A program made the position numbers and the translations under genes. A stretch of 45,362 nt of DNA, filler included, from Catajapyx aquilonaris (lineage: Eukaryota), in assembly GCA_000934665.2 (NCBI GenBank). It is 2 parts of 2 records of this genome, joined end to end, with 100 filler letters (N's around TTAATTAATTAA, not from the genome) between each part and the next. Parts side by side here need not be neighbours in the genome. Positions count along the whole stretch, not along the records: positions 22,735 to 45,362 come from JYFJ02005838.1; 1 more part is not named here. One strand, written 5' to 3'. The notes below the pieces were generated by a model. That model saw only the letters and a program-made list of their open reading frames with translations. It did no database searches and had not been told where the DNA came from. Positions 35,401 through 45,362 of the stretch are shown here, piece after piece. Every line of letters starts with the position of its first letter. Position 1 is the stretch's first letter.

Positions 35401-38400
35401 CAGTGCAGGAATGAAACGAGCCGTCCACCACTGGCTGACACTTTTTCTGCAGTTTCATGACAAATTAGCGTCTTGGTGATGTAAGCGCATCAATGTGTAT
35501 GGTGACTAGGTCGAACAGTAGAGAAAGACTTGTCCTTTCATATGTGTATGTCATTTTGAGTTTCTGCAGTGAAGCTTCAGAATTTAAAGCAGTTGTGAAT
35601 ATTACTTTTTGATTTACCCTCCTAGTAAGTCATATTAAAGGGCCATCAATGGATCCTTTCAGATTGCAGAAAAAACAGGAATTCTTCTTGTTAAACAACA
35701 AAAATCCATGCAAAAATGTCATCATACTCACTTCAAATGAATCGGGAATATGCTGAGGATGTACACGTTCTACTCCAACTTGACGTGCTGTCATTCCAAA
35801 CGCATCCTTAGCCATCGAGTCTGCACCATTTTCCAGAAGATATTCGGCCAGCTGCAACTTACCACCAATCATGGCTTGGTGAAGTGGGGTCCTATGTCTA
35901 TATCCTCCATCCATTATGTCTGCCCCACACCTCAACAGGAGGGAAACAGTTTCTATGTGGCCACCAAATGAAGCAAAATGTATGGAGGAATCGCCGTAGG
36001 CATCCTTGCTCCCAACACTTGCCCCTTGACTCAACAAAACCTCAGCTGTTGAGTAGTGTCCGCTCTGAGCAGCATAATGAAGTGCTGTCTTTCCATCTGT
36101 ACTCCTCTGGTCCACAGGCCACCCCCAACTCAAAAGGCAGGCAACAGTGCCTTTCCTTCCGCCCCAGGCAGCCAAGTGCAGTCCGCTCATCCCATCTTGG
36201 TTCTCAAGACTAATCAGAACTGCAGTGCAACCTCTCCTCTCCATGACATCTCTCACATCGTCGATTCTACCCTCCAAACTGGCTTGGAGGAAGTACGACT
36301 GGTACAGCTGTGCAAAAATTATGTGTGCGTGAACAAGCTTAATGTAAAATGTGCATGCAACTGCAACACTGCAAGTCCCTGTTGTACAGTGTGTACAGAA
36401 TGGCAGCGAGCATGTGCATCTCCTCTCAGTCTTGTTTAGGTTCATTTTGAATGTCTATGATGAAAAAGGTCTAGTTGATTTTTGTTATTGCAACTCCATT
36501 AGTATCATGATTTTCATTCCAATACATAAGCAAATCTGAAGAACTATCCTGCGGATTACCATGCGTCATCAAGTAGTCTAACCATCAAGCTATTCCCAAA
36601 CACATTGAATGGTACAAGCCCTTCCTCAAAAAAATTTGGACACCTCGAAAATTGGCAGCAGGGGTCGGAAAAAATGCCCTGCTGCTCATGAAAGTGGAGG
36701 TTTATTGCAGCGAAAGGGATTAAAATACACAAAGGGACATCTAATGCTGTGATGAGATCAACTATGATGCATTTGGCACACTCAGGTCAAAGATTATATG
36801 GGTAGGTGAAAATGCATGCCGCGATGCGTAGATGTTCAGACACCTTGTGAGCTGAGTCATATTGTTTGGACAGCTCCCATATTTCCAGCACAAGTGTGCA
36901 TACCTTCCCCGTGGTTGTTGGGAGGTCTGGTCAGGTACAAATGCTCACACTTTGCTGCACTCTTGTGCAATCATGGATCTGTGCGAGGTGATTGTGAAAA
37001 CCCAAACAGAAGTGAGGTCTGTACCTGTTATTGCATGTGACATGAATGTGCCACACTCCACCGTTGTTGACATTATTCTTTGCCCATCTCGGATATGGCC
37101 CACTGTCCTATTCATCGACAAATCCAGCTTCGAGCTAAACCTTGAAGGTAAATGCATATGAGTATATTCTGCATGAAGGAGGAGGGATCATTAGATCCTG
37201 ATTAGTTAGTTTTGATTCTTCATGCCTGATGGTGTGTAGGGTTGAATGGGATGGAATACCATCGCTATGCTGCACATGATAGAAGGCAGTCAACACAGGG
37301 AAATATCAGGCATTCAGTGGAACAGCTTGCTACTGTCCATTATTGGTGCTACATCTCTGGGATATCATGTTCCAGCACGACGGCATGACCTGCCACATTG
37401 CTAGGACTAAGAACTGGCTCTCTCGGGACAACACTGAGATACTGCCATCGAAAACATTTTGGGGGACATGAAGCGGTGTGTCTGCAGGTATTAGCCTCAA
37501 ACCATGACCTGCTTACAGAAGCTGCTGCTTGAGATATGGGTCAAGATCACCCCTTCCGACTGTGCGGCTCAATATGACACCATCCCTGCTGGACTCCAAG
37601 CTGGGGTTGCAGATAGGGGCGATGTGACAAAGTACTCATGAAAGGACTACTGCATTCATATTTATATTTTCTGAGTGTCATCTTTTGCAATGTTGCTGAC
37701 TCTTGAAATAAACCTAGTTTGCCAGACCTCTGCCATTCATTTGAAGGGGTTCACTGGCAGTTATGGGACTGAGGAAAAGGTTCTTAGATGCAGGACCAAC
37801 GTGACCAAGATATTGGCAAGAAATCAGCAACAAAAGTACCGGTAATGCTGTCCGAACATTCACTTATCTTGGCAAGCATTTTCACCGACCCATAACCTTT
37901 GACCTGAAGTGCAAAACACATTATTATTGGTGTCATTGCAGATCTAAATGTCCCTTTGTGTATTTTCACACCTCTAGCGGTAATAAATCATGTTTTTTTC
38001 TGACCCCTGCTGCCAATTTTCAAGGTATCCAAATTCTTATGCAGAAGGGCTAGTAGGTATCTTGGGTTACTTTACAAGATTTAACCTTCTTCCCCTTAAA
38101 ATGTCTGAAATTGGCTGAAATGGTCAAACGTCATTACAGCATATCATAATTAGAAGATTGAAAGAAACAGAGCAAATATCATTATTTGATGCTTTGGATC
38201 AATTAATTATCAGGACTTGCTGTAGTTGCAATGTGACAGGGGATCAAGACTTACCATTTTCATTGTCTGGGCCATATGCAAATCACCAGCCTCCTCTGCA
38301 ATGCTCAGGGGAGACCTCTCATTGCTGCCAACAATCAAAGGATCAGCACCCTTTGACCCAAGAAATTGGACCACATTGTGGCGGTGTTTGTATGCAGCGC

Positions 38401-38830
38401 AATGCAAGGGAGTCCAGTTCCCCTGGCCCTTGTCATCAAGCCGGGCCCCACACTGGAGGAGCAGCTCCACCACTTCAACAGAGCCACCCCAAGCCGCGCG
38501 ATGTATGGCAGCATCTCCAAAAGAATCCCTGGTGTTCACCTTGGCCCCTCGTTCAATCAGCATCTCACAAGTAGAAAGATAGCCTCCCTCAGCTGCTTGG
38601 TGCAGGGGAGTCCTTTCATCCTGGCCCTTTGGATCAATGGGCCACCCCTCTTGCAATAGGTAGGAAACCACCAGGGACCTCCCTTTCTTGGCAGCCCAAT
38701 GAAGACCACCATCACCCCAGCTGTCCCTCAGGTGGAACAACTGCCGAACTCCTCCTTTCCGCCCCATACACTTCTCTACTTCACTCAACTTGCCTTCCTT
38801 GCACGCTCGAAGGAAGTCCATCGTGCCCAT
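26213..38830 (-). CDS. Multi-module ankyrin repeat protein, ~828 aa if all exons are included
   Basis: join(complement 38830-38255, 36307-35732, 34499-33933, 30061-29498, 26416-26213); every junction GT-AG and phase 0; canonical G.TPLH.AA..G...V..LL..GA repeats; exon connectivity inferred. Confidence 0.8.
27070..27420. mobile_element. (GTCY)n-containing interspersed repeat, possibly DINE-1/Helentron-like, with G-rich tract
   Basis: TAGACCTTTTCTCAT..GAAAAAAGTC..GTCCGTCTGT.GACAG also occurs at 24328-24395; GTCT/AGAC inverted microsatellite at 27347-27390. Confidence 0.35.
29498..30061 (-). CDS. ANK module exon D (188 codons)
   Basis: TTTGAGCAG|GCA ... CAG|GTAAGA; four ANK repeats plus caps. 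Confidence 0.85.
30372..30862. repeat. Degenerate foldback / old MITE
   Basis: ACAACCAAACTAACT..TCACCTCTGCTGCTAATTTTCAC..GTCAAAATACAAG is mirrored at 30700-30862. Confidence 0.6.
31197..31904 (+). mobile_element. Internally deleted rosa/DD41D-like Tc1/mariner transposon
   Basis: TA-CAGGGTGTCCCACAAATTA / TAATTTGTGGGACACCCTG-TA; FQQDGAT and WPLRSPDLTPPDYFLWGFLKGRVY...ANGGHF catalytic-domain remnants. Confidence 0.85.
32415..32783 (+). mobile_element. tRNA-derived SINE (family 3)
   Basis: B box GGTTCGATCCC; (ATT)n(ATC)n tail; 12-bp TSD ATCAGTAATGTA. Confidence 0.8.
33933..34499 (-). CDS. ANK module exon C (189 codons)
   Basis: TTTGCACAG|GTG ... AAG|GTCAGA (donor less certain); four ANK repeats plus caps. 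Confidence 0.8.
34775..35622. mobile_element. Palindromic mariner derivative (two 3' ends)
   Basis: TA-flanked long IR; HLPYNPDLAPSDNHHLLGPMKK on plus and NYNLFGPMKKHLAGQHF..WLRSQP on minus. Confidence 0.75.
35732..36307 (-). CDS. ANK module exon B (192 codons)
   Basis: TTTTTGCACAG|CTG ... GAA|GTGAGT; four ANK repeats plus caps. Confidence 0.85.
36615..38053 (+). mobile_element. Degenerate Tc1-like transposon
   Basis: TIR CAAGCCCTTC..GAAAATTGGCAGCAGGGGTC / GACCCCTGCTGCCAATTTTC..GAAGGGCTAG, TA-flanked; remnants WPTVLFIDKSSF, FQHDG..CH and IENI. Confidence 0.75.
38255..38830 (-). CDS. ANK module exon A (192 codons, contains start codon)
   Basis: TATAG|GT-ATG-GGC start; ATG|GTAAGT donor; four ANK repeats plus caps. 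Confidence 0.85.
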
Positions 38831-39306
38831 ACCTATACTGGTAAGGACACAAAATGTTAGCTTGTATGCATTCCTTTATTGAGTGACGTAGTAGGTGAGT
38901 GATATATGTCTCTTTGTAAACATTTGTGCAGTGTGACCCAAAATACTTGTCTGAAGGATATGGCTATTTGTTGGCACTAATAAGCTGCTCATTTTTAACA
39001 GTTACTTTGGCAGTGTTACTTTGAGTGGTGAGCAAAAGTATTAGCTGCTAATAATACCAAGCTAAATCATCCATTCAAGCTCTGAACTGCAGAGCATTCC
39101 TGATTAAGTGATTAGAAATGTGCCACTGGAACAATTGGCATCTCACACTAATGATGGAACCCACTTTGTACAGGCCAGACCCCCTTGGAGGATTTCAAAT
39201 TAATGAGGTACACTCAACCTAATATTAGCAGCTAAAATTTTGATAACCATGGAAAGTATGCAAAACTAAGTGCTTAAAAATAAGTAGCCCAGTGCCAACT
39301 ATAGTA

Positions 39307-40325
39307 CTGTCTGATTTATTTCACTCACAACCGACGTCACCCAGCCCCCTTCTCTTCCACCCATCCACCCCTTCACGGACTGTACTTGTTACCAACCTAA
39401 CCTCACGCATATGTGGTATCACAAACAATGTTGTAATTAAATCAGACTGCATACATTTGTTCATTGACACTGCACAATTCCCTTGTCATGGACATGAAGG
39501 AACAGTGTTGGCTACAGCTGTATACAGGGTGTAACAAGACCCAATGCATAAATTTTAAAGGTGGGTAGGGGACCCCAAAACAAACATTTTTGACCAATGA
39601 ACCCACCCTCTAAAAAAATCACCCACCCTCTAAAAAATCATCAAATTTACTGAAATCGATAACTTGTTAGTACCTGCGGTACGGTAACAGTTATGTGGTT
39701 TGCTGCTACTCTATGGTAGCGTTGTCATGGTAGTGTCGACAAGTAATTGTCTGGTACAACACAACAAGTAAAAGTCTGGAAAATAAACAATTCAGTGTTG
39801 TTCCAATCAACTTGGGAATCTCTTGTGCGTCGTTGTAGGCTGTGTGTCCAAGTGGCTGGAGGACACTTTTAGCAGCTCCTTTGATTACAGTTTTGTGTTG
39901 GGTGCAATAAAGGTGGTGGTGAGTTTCATGTCAGCTTTCATTGATTTGTGGTGGTGATGACTTTTTACAGTACTGTACTAAATTGTCAACACTATACCAT
40001 GACAACGCTCCTGTTGAGTAGCAGCAACCCCATAGCTGTTACTACAGGTACTAACCAGTTAGCAATTTCAGTAAATTTGCTGATTTTTTTTAGAGGGTGG
40101 GTTCATTGGTCAAAAATGTTTGTTTTGGGGTCTCCTACCCACCTTTAAAATTTATGCATTGGGTCTTGTTACACCCTGTATATTGCATTAATGGTGACAG
40201 CTGTGACCATGTGTGTGAGGTTAGGTTGATAACAAGTACTACAGTCTGTGGAGGGGTGGATGGGTGGATGGGTGGAGGAGAAGGGGATTTGGTGACGTCG
40301 GTTGGGAGTGAAATAAACCAGAGAG
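39307..40325. mobile_element. Older TA-flanked MITE hosting MITE X copy 2
   Basis: CTGTCTGATTTATTTCACTC..ACCGACGTCACC..AACCTAACCTCAC is mirrored at 40208-40325. Confidence 0.65.
39525..40178. mobile_element. Tc1/mariner-type MITE family X, copy 2 (654 bp)
   Basis: Same TIRs and internal sequence as 25414-26069, same orientation, TA TSD. Confidence 0.9.
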
Positions 40326-40657
40326 TAGCAGTAGGCCTATTAGTGGGACAAGTATTTTGGATCACCCAGTATATCCTGATCCATGTAACTTCAAGCATTT
40401 CTCTGCCAAGACTTCGCCTAGGTGGAAGGTGGCATTGCAAAATAGCTGCACATTTTTCATTGTACAGTAGTTAGAAGTCTTTACACACAATGAATCAAAA
40501 TTTTCAAAACATGGGACATTTTCAGAATTCTTTTTTCATAGGCATGGTTTGAAGTGACAAACTGGAAAGTAGTGCAGGACTAATTGCTTGCATTTGTCAT
40601 TGAGCAACCTGCACCATTACCCGTTATTTCATATTTTGCATACACTCACACTAATAA

Positions 40658-40938
40658 TAATAATAATTCATACCCCGTATCAGCATTGGCTCTTTAGGGG
40701 GGAAGTTTTGTTTTGTCTGGAACTCTTTACTTTCATTTTACTGCGCTTTTTGGGATAGGATAGGGACGGGAGGAAGCGGCTGTGGCCTATTAATTACAGA
40801 AACAACTCCAGAATTTTCCTGGAAGGACCGTGGGAAACCACAGAAAACCACGGTCAGTGTTGCCGCCCCCGGGATTTGATCCCAGGACCTCCCGATTAGC
40901 AGTCGGACACCATATCCCTTACTCCAAACTGCTTCGGT
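40658..40938 (-). mobile_element. tRNA-derived SINE (family 2), copy 2
   Basis: Homologous to 13166-13457; 15-bp TSD CACTCACACTAATAA. Confidence 0.85.
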
Positions 40939-41267
40939 CACTCACACTAATAAACTTACATATCCAGCAACCACAAATGTAGTCCAAATCATTGAAATAT
41001 TACTCATAAAATTTCAACCAACCAAACCACATGTCAGTTGAATTTCATGGAATTGGCACTTGTACAAACTTCAGCACATTCCAGGTCAAATCAATTAGCT
41101 CATGAAAATTGGTAATTTACCTGCAACAATTATGCATTATTACAAGTTGCTTCTTATATTGCCACCTGCTGTTACACTGGGCGGTTATTATACTAAGACC
41201 AGGTTGTATCATCACAATAAATTACATTTACTGTATCCCATGTGCTTCAGAACGGAACCCACATTCT

Positions 41268-41297
41268 TCATCATCATCATCATCATAATTAATAATT

Positions 41298-41367
<70 letters not shown>
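41268..41367. repeat. (CAT)n-(AAT)n microsatellite
   Basis: About 20 uninterrupted AAT units preceded by CAT units. Confidence 0.95.
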
Positions 41368-41407
41368 CTCATTTCATTTACATGACTTGCATTTTACAAG
41401 CCCTTAC

Positions 41408-41640
41408 CTTATGGATGCCTGCTCGTATCTGATCGAGTCCGGCTTGCTGGCTGCCCCTGGACTAATCCCCGGGGGCCGCCCCTGCTCTTCTTTCAATGCA
41501 ACAATGCAAACTACGAAGCGCAACTGGGAGCAACTCTCACGCCGACCCGACTCCTTCTCCCGACTGACACCACACTGGCACTCTGGCCGTCTGGCACACA
41601 CATGCTTAACACACATGGCCGCTGGGCCCGTATCAAAGCA
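41408..41640 (-). other. Probable 5' UTR exon of the ANK gene
   Basis: Acceptor TTGTTGTTGCGCAG| and donor AAG|GTAAGG; joined to 38832 it reads TAA-GGT-ATG, placing an in-frame stop just before the ATG at 38830. Confidence 0.5.
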
Positions 41641-41833
41641 CTGCGCAACAACAACAACTGCGTATTATCTCAAACTAATTTAAAACTGCTTGTTCACACA
41701 TGATCCTGATACCATAAATCAAGCCTGCAACAGTTGACTTAAAATTTAAAGTGTAAAATTTAAAATTCATGCGTAATTGTGATTAACAGGTTGAAAAATT
41801 CTGCATTTGAGAAAGACTATTGGTCCAGAGCTG

Positions 41834-41845
41834 CAAGATGGCGGC
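41834..41845 (+). promoter_or_regulatory. YY1/Pho-type motif CAAGATGGCGGC
   Basis: Exact match to the long YY1 consensus, near the 5' end of the ANK gene; function not shown. Confidence 0.35.
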
Positions 41846-42576
41846 TTCCTGATGTGCAAGTGGGGGGCGCCATGTCTACTGGCTGTTGAAATAAATATTG
41901 TTCTGGCACCTGTTAGTACACCAATCCAAATTATTTTCTGGAGGTTTATTACTTAATATTTTTAGTATACACTGGATTTATCGAGGATTTATAATCAATG
42001 GGACTGTCATAAGGACTTTTGAAATTAATGTAGATGCAGATTTATGGCCAAGTCTACACCTGATTTATGTACAGTACCGTAGTTGTCATTCCATATAGAG
42101 GCAAATGAATAACGACAAATGGACTTGCAAATGGACGTCGGAATAAAGAACAAAGTTCAGAGGTTTCCGTGGTATGCAGTGATATGTGGAAATAAGTCGG
42201 ATGACTCGGATCTAATGTGTGTGTGGTAAGGCTACTCGACTGCACTACCAGTACCGGTACCTGCCGGTACGTACTGATAATATGCCACACCTTTCAATTA
42301 TGGCTCCCCCGTTGCAATCAGCAACAATGGGGCAACAAACAACATGGACTGAAAGGCCTTGTGGGAGGTTGCCTCGGAGATTGCAAGGACCACGAGATCC
42401 AAATGGTTGAGAATAGGGTGCGTGGCACTGGGGTACTGGTGTCAGTGAAAATGGGCAATACTCTTGGCCTCATACTTGTGATCCCCCCTTCCCACCAGCA
42501 AAGATGTTTGGGTAACTCGGGGTAACCGGGGTATCCTCTATAGGGTTGATTTATTAGCTCTATAGATCGCCATAAT

Positions 42577-42624
42577 CCTCCTGAGACCTGATGTCCAATA
42601 TATTGGACATCAGGTCTCAGGAGG
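42577..42624. repeat. Perfect 48-bp loopless palindrome
   Basis: CCTCCTGAGACCTGATGTCCAATA|TATTGGACATCAGGTCTCAGGAGG. Confidence 0.95.
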
Positions 42625-43209
42625 GAGGAGGATATGTACAAGAATTAGCCATTATATCTAAGATTCTGATTAATTTGCTGTTGGGTTGTCTAGCGTCAGT
42701 CCATGACCGTTGGTCACTGCACTGACTGGTGTGAATAAAAATTCTAGGCTATGAGCGGCTATATGGGTTATTAGTACAGTATAGGGCTACAGTACGAACA
42801 CAAAATCTATAGCCTATAAATAAAGCCGTTTGTGACTCTGTCGTAATTAAGACACGGGTCATGAACCAGATGACAGGGCGAAGTGTCTTTGTGTCAATGG
42901 CCTGTCAGCGAGAAATTTGAAAGAAGCCTATTCACCAGGTTACAACAATAATTTGATGCGTGAAAAAATTAATGTCCCAGTTGTCATGTTGATGAATCCT
43001 TTCTATTGCTATAGAGAGAGCAATAAAATAATGCCTGGCTCATCCTTCATAATTTTAATCAATTAAAATTCAACATCATAAAAAATTATTAGCGTCTTCT
43101 CAGGGAGTATTGTCAGACCTTCTCTACTGTATATTGGTGATGGTGGCAACATTTGTCTATCACGTGTAGTATATGATCTGGAAGGCAGAACGATCAGTCA
43201 CACATTGGA

Positions 43210-43301
43210 ATTATTTTGAAACATGCATGTTTCAAAATAATCTCATTCAATCTTCAATCATCAAACTCGCATGCGAGTTTGATGATTGAAAATTGAATGA
43301 G
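43210..43301. repeat. Two abutting loopless palindromes (32 bp perfect; 60 bp with one mismatch)
   Basis: ATTATTTTGAAACATG|CATGTTTCAAAATAAT then CTCATTCAATCTTCAATCATCAAACTCGCA|TGCGAGTTTGATGATTGAAAATTGAATGAG. Confidence 0.9.
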
Positions 43302-43795
43302 GCGCATTTTTAAAACATTGCTCGGTAACCGCGATTTTGGAAGTTGTTCATATCATAATTCTCGAATTCTTATTCAGGCTGCACTCATCGCCTCGCTTGT
43401 GGGTTTTAATATGAAAAATCATATTTTTATCCTTAGAACTAGCCTATGACGACCTTCAGATGATGACGCATAGCTTTTTGTTTGATCAGTTTTCATCCCG
43501 GGGGGCCATGACTCAGGAGGAACGACAGGAAGTTCCAGTCGAGCTACCTGGAGTTCCAGATCACTTCCAGGTGCAACTTAATTGGGTGTATATACATATG
43601 TGGCACACTCTACTGCTAGTCGGTGCGGTGGTAGGAAATTTTCTGGGCAGCCACATGGGGCTTGCTGATAAGGATGGCTCTTTTGTGTGAGCGAGGTACT
43701 GTACACACATGTGCAGGACCATTTCCGCTAAATGTCGCGTGATTTTTAGAAGCGGGTTGTCTTAATGTTTTTTTTTCCCCCTTTTTAAATACTGA

Positions 43796-44150
43796 CTAGA
43801 TGCGGCACCCGGCGTTGCCCGGGAAGAAATGAATGTATGGAAAACACCTGCCAGTAGCCCCGTAAAAATTTTCACGCACAGAGAGACGGGCCGTGACAGT
43901 TTTCCCAGCTCCGTTTTGGACTTGGCAAAAAGTCGACTTTTGCACGTGTCCATCTGCTCCTCATTAAGCCGCCGGAGAACAATAGCATATCTCCGGCGCG
44001 GCCTCCCCCCACTTGCTAACAAAGTGGATACGCTAATCCCACCTGAGCGGCAACCCCTCCCGTTCCTTCCCACCCGGAGCACAGATGGTCCAAGGCAAAT
44101 CACGGTTGGCAAGCGGACAGACAGACAGACGTAAAAGACACACTTCTGCT
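43796..44150 (-). mobile_element. Non-autonomous Helitron (3' end at 43796)
   Basis: Minus strand CCCGGGCAACGCCGGG hairpin, then CTAG followed by T; (GTCT)n microsatellite near the 5' part; 5' boundary approximate. Confidence 0.65.
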
Positions 44151-45272
44151 GTTGACCACTTCTACTGCTTGGGCTATTACCTAACTTGACCTGTATTCAA
44201 TTTACAGTCCATTGATCCCGTCAAATTTATTTATACGGTCGGGACCGAGGAATCAAATCACAGACAACACTGATAGACACGCAACTATAATCCCAATAAA
44301 ATCTGTCGTCTTCCTCACATACAGATGCCTGGTTCACTCAAGGCCTTTGCCTCCACCTTTGACATTATAACTTACCAGCCCAGTGATGGGTTCCAGACTT
44401 CAAACAAGTAACTATTTTACAGCCTGTTTAGATCATGCACCAGTGTTACGTCAACTTACGCCAGGTGTTTATTGCCTTGATATTAACACTACAATCCAAT
44501 CACCACATCGCATCGGCGTGGTAATGGTTGTAGCAGCTTACCCTTTTTTTTGATTGCTGAATTTAATGGTGGCTAACTTTCGCAGGACAATGTTCAGTTC
44601 TTGCGATGTAACCAAGATTATGGATGTAACCATATGCTTTCAAAGTCATTGACGAACCAGATATGACAATAAGATATTTATTGCAAAGGTCCGATGTATC
44701 CAAAACTGATCGTTATTACCTGAGAAATATGGAATTTGATTTTAACAGACGGAAGTTCTCTTAATTAGTTTATTGCCCAGTTTGACAGCAGTGAACAGGG
44801 GGTACTTTAAAAACATTTTGCAAATTTCCAAATTTACAGAATTTCACAAATGCTGACTGAGGGAGAAAGGCAGTGGCAGTTGAGCGCTCAACTACCTCTC
44901 CCTGCTTCTCTCAAAAACCATTGTTAAATGCCTGCATCAGTCCAGGTTCGCAGCCACACATGCAATAGACCAGGCAATATTTCGGTATATACTCTTATAC
45001 AATGTGTATCTTGTTAATGGCGAATCCTGGGAGTCTCGATCATCACTGCTAACACGATCTGAAAATACAAAATAGTATTAGTTACGTGTACTTTTATAGT
45101 CAGCGTGACAATTACATACCGCACGTGATGCACATGATTCCTTGTTGCTCCATTGGTTTTTTTAAAATTTTAAAATCCTCATTAACCGAGAACGATTGTT
45201 GATAAAATCAGTTTAAAAACTGAAATTCCTTCCTGATTGACAGCATCTGAAACAATGCTAGTTTAGTAACTA

Positions 45273-45362
45273 CTAGCAGGATACCCGGCGTTGCTCGGGT
45301 TATGAAAGACTTTTCCATAGGAGTGACTCATTGATTTAGTAGTAACCTTTGCAATAATTATG
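45273..45362 (-). mobile_element. Helitron 3' end, running off the window
   Basis: Minus strand ACCCGAGCAACGCCGGGT hairpin, then CTAG-T; same terminus type as 43796. Confidence 0.6.

Noticed and set aside
35630..36445. Four independent intronless ANK genes, as the ORF track suggests
   Set aside because: Homology begins and ends at AG/GT sites, and B-D lack a start codon at the module boundary; ORF extensions are intronic.
29649..38844. Plus-strand and alternate-frame ORFs overlapping ANK exons
   Set aside because: Shadow ORFs of real coding exons, with no recognisable protein features.
42217..42641. GC-richer ORFs upstream of the ANK gene
   Set aside because: No recognisable protein and no consistent splice pair; may be non-coding exon or TE remnant.

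Overview
Eukaryotic (invertebrate, probably arthropod) genomic DNA with spliceosomal introns and very dense transposon content; no prokaryotic operon, CRISPR or rRNA. Two minus-strand genes can be assembled by hand from GT-AG junctions. (1) A 7-exon SLC46/PCFT-family MFS transporter (2171-7195, 502 aa). (2) An ankyrin-repeat gene (26213-38830, about 828 aa) built from four homologous ~190-codon exons, each a self-contained N-cap + 4 ANK + C-cap module joined in phase 0, plus an acidic tail exon and a probable 5' UTR exon. Between them is a ~16.5 kb stack of nested mobile elements. It includes a gag-only LTR retrotransposon (14862-22487) with an unexplained open ORF in the env position, many foldback/MITE elements (Tc1/mariner, piggyBac-, hAT-, Harbinger- and Sola-like), tRNA-derived SINEs and an assembly gap. 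Further TEs fill the ANK introns, and Helitron ends lie near the window end. Most interesting: the modular, splice-compatible ANK exon array, the near-identical MITE pair bracketing its CDS, and the pol-less LTR element with an orphan ORF. All calls are by-eye; no database searches were run.
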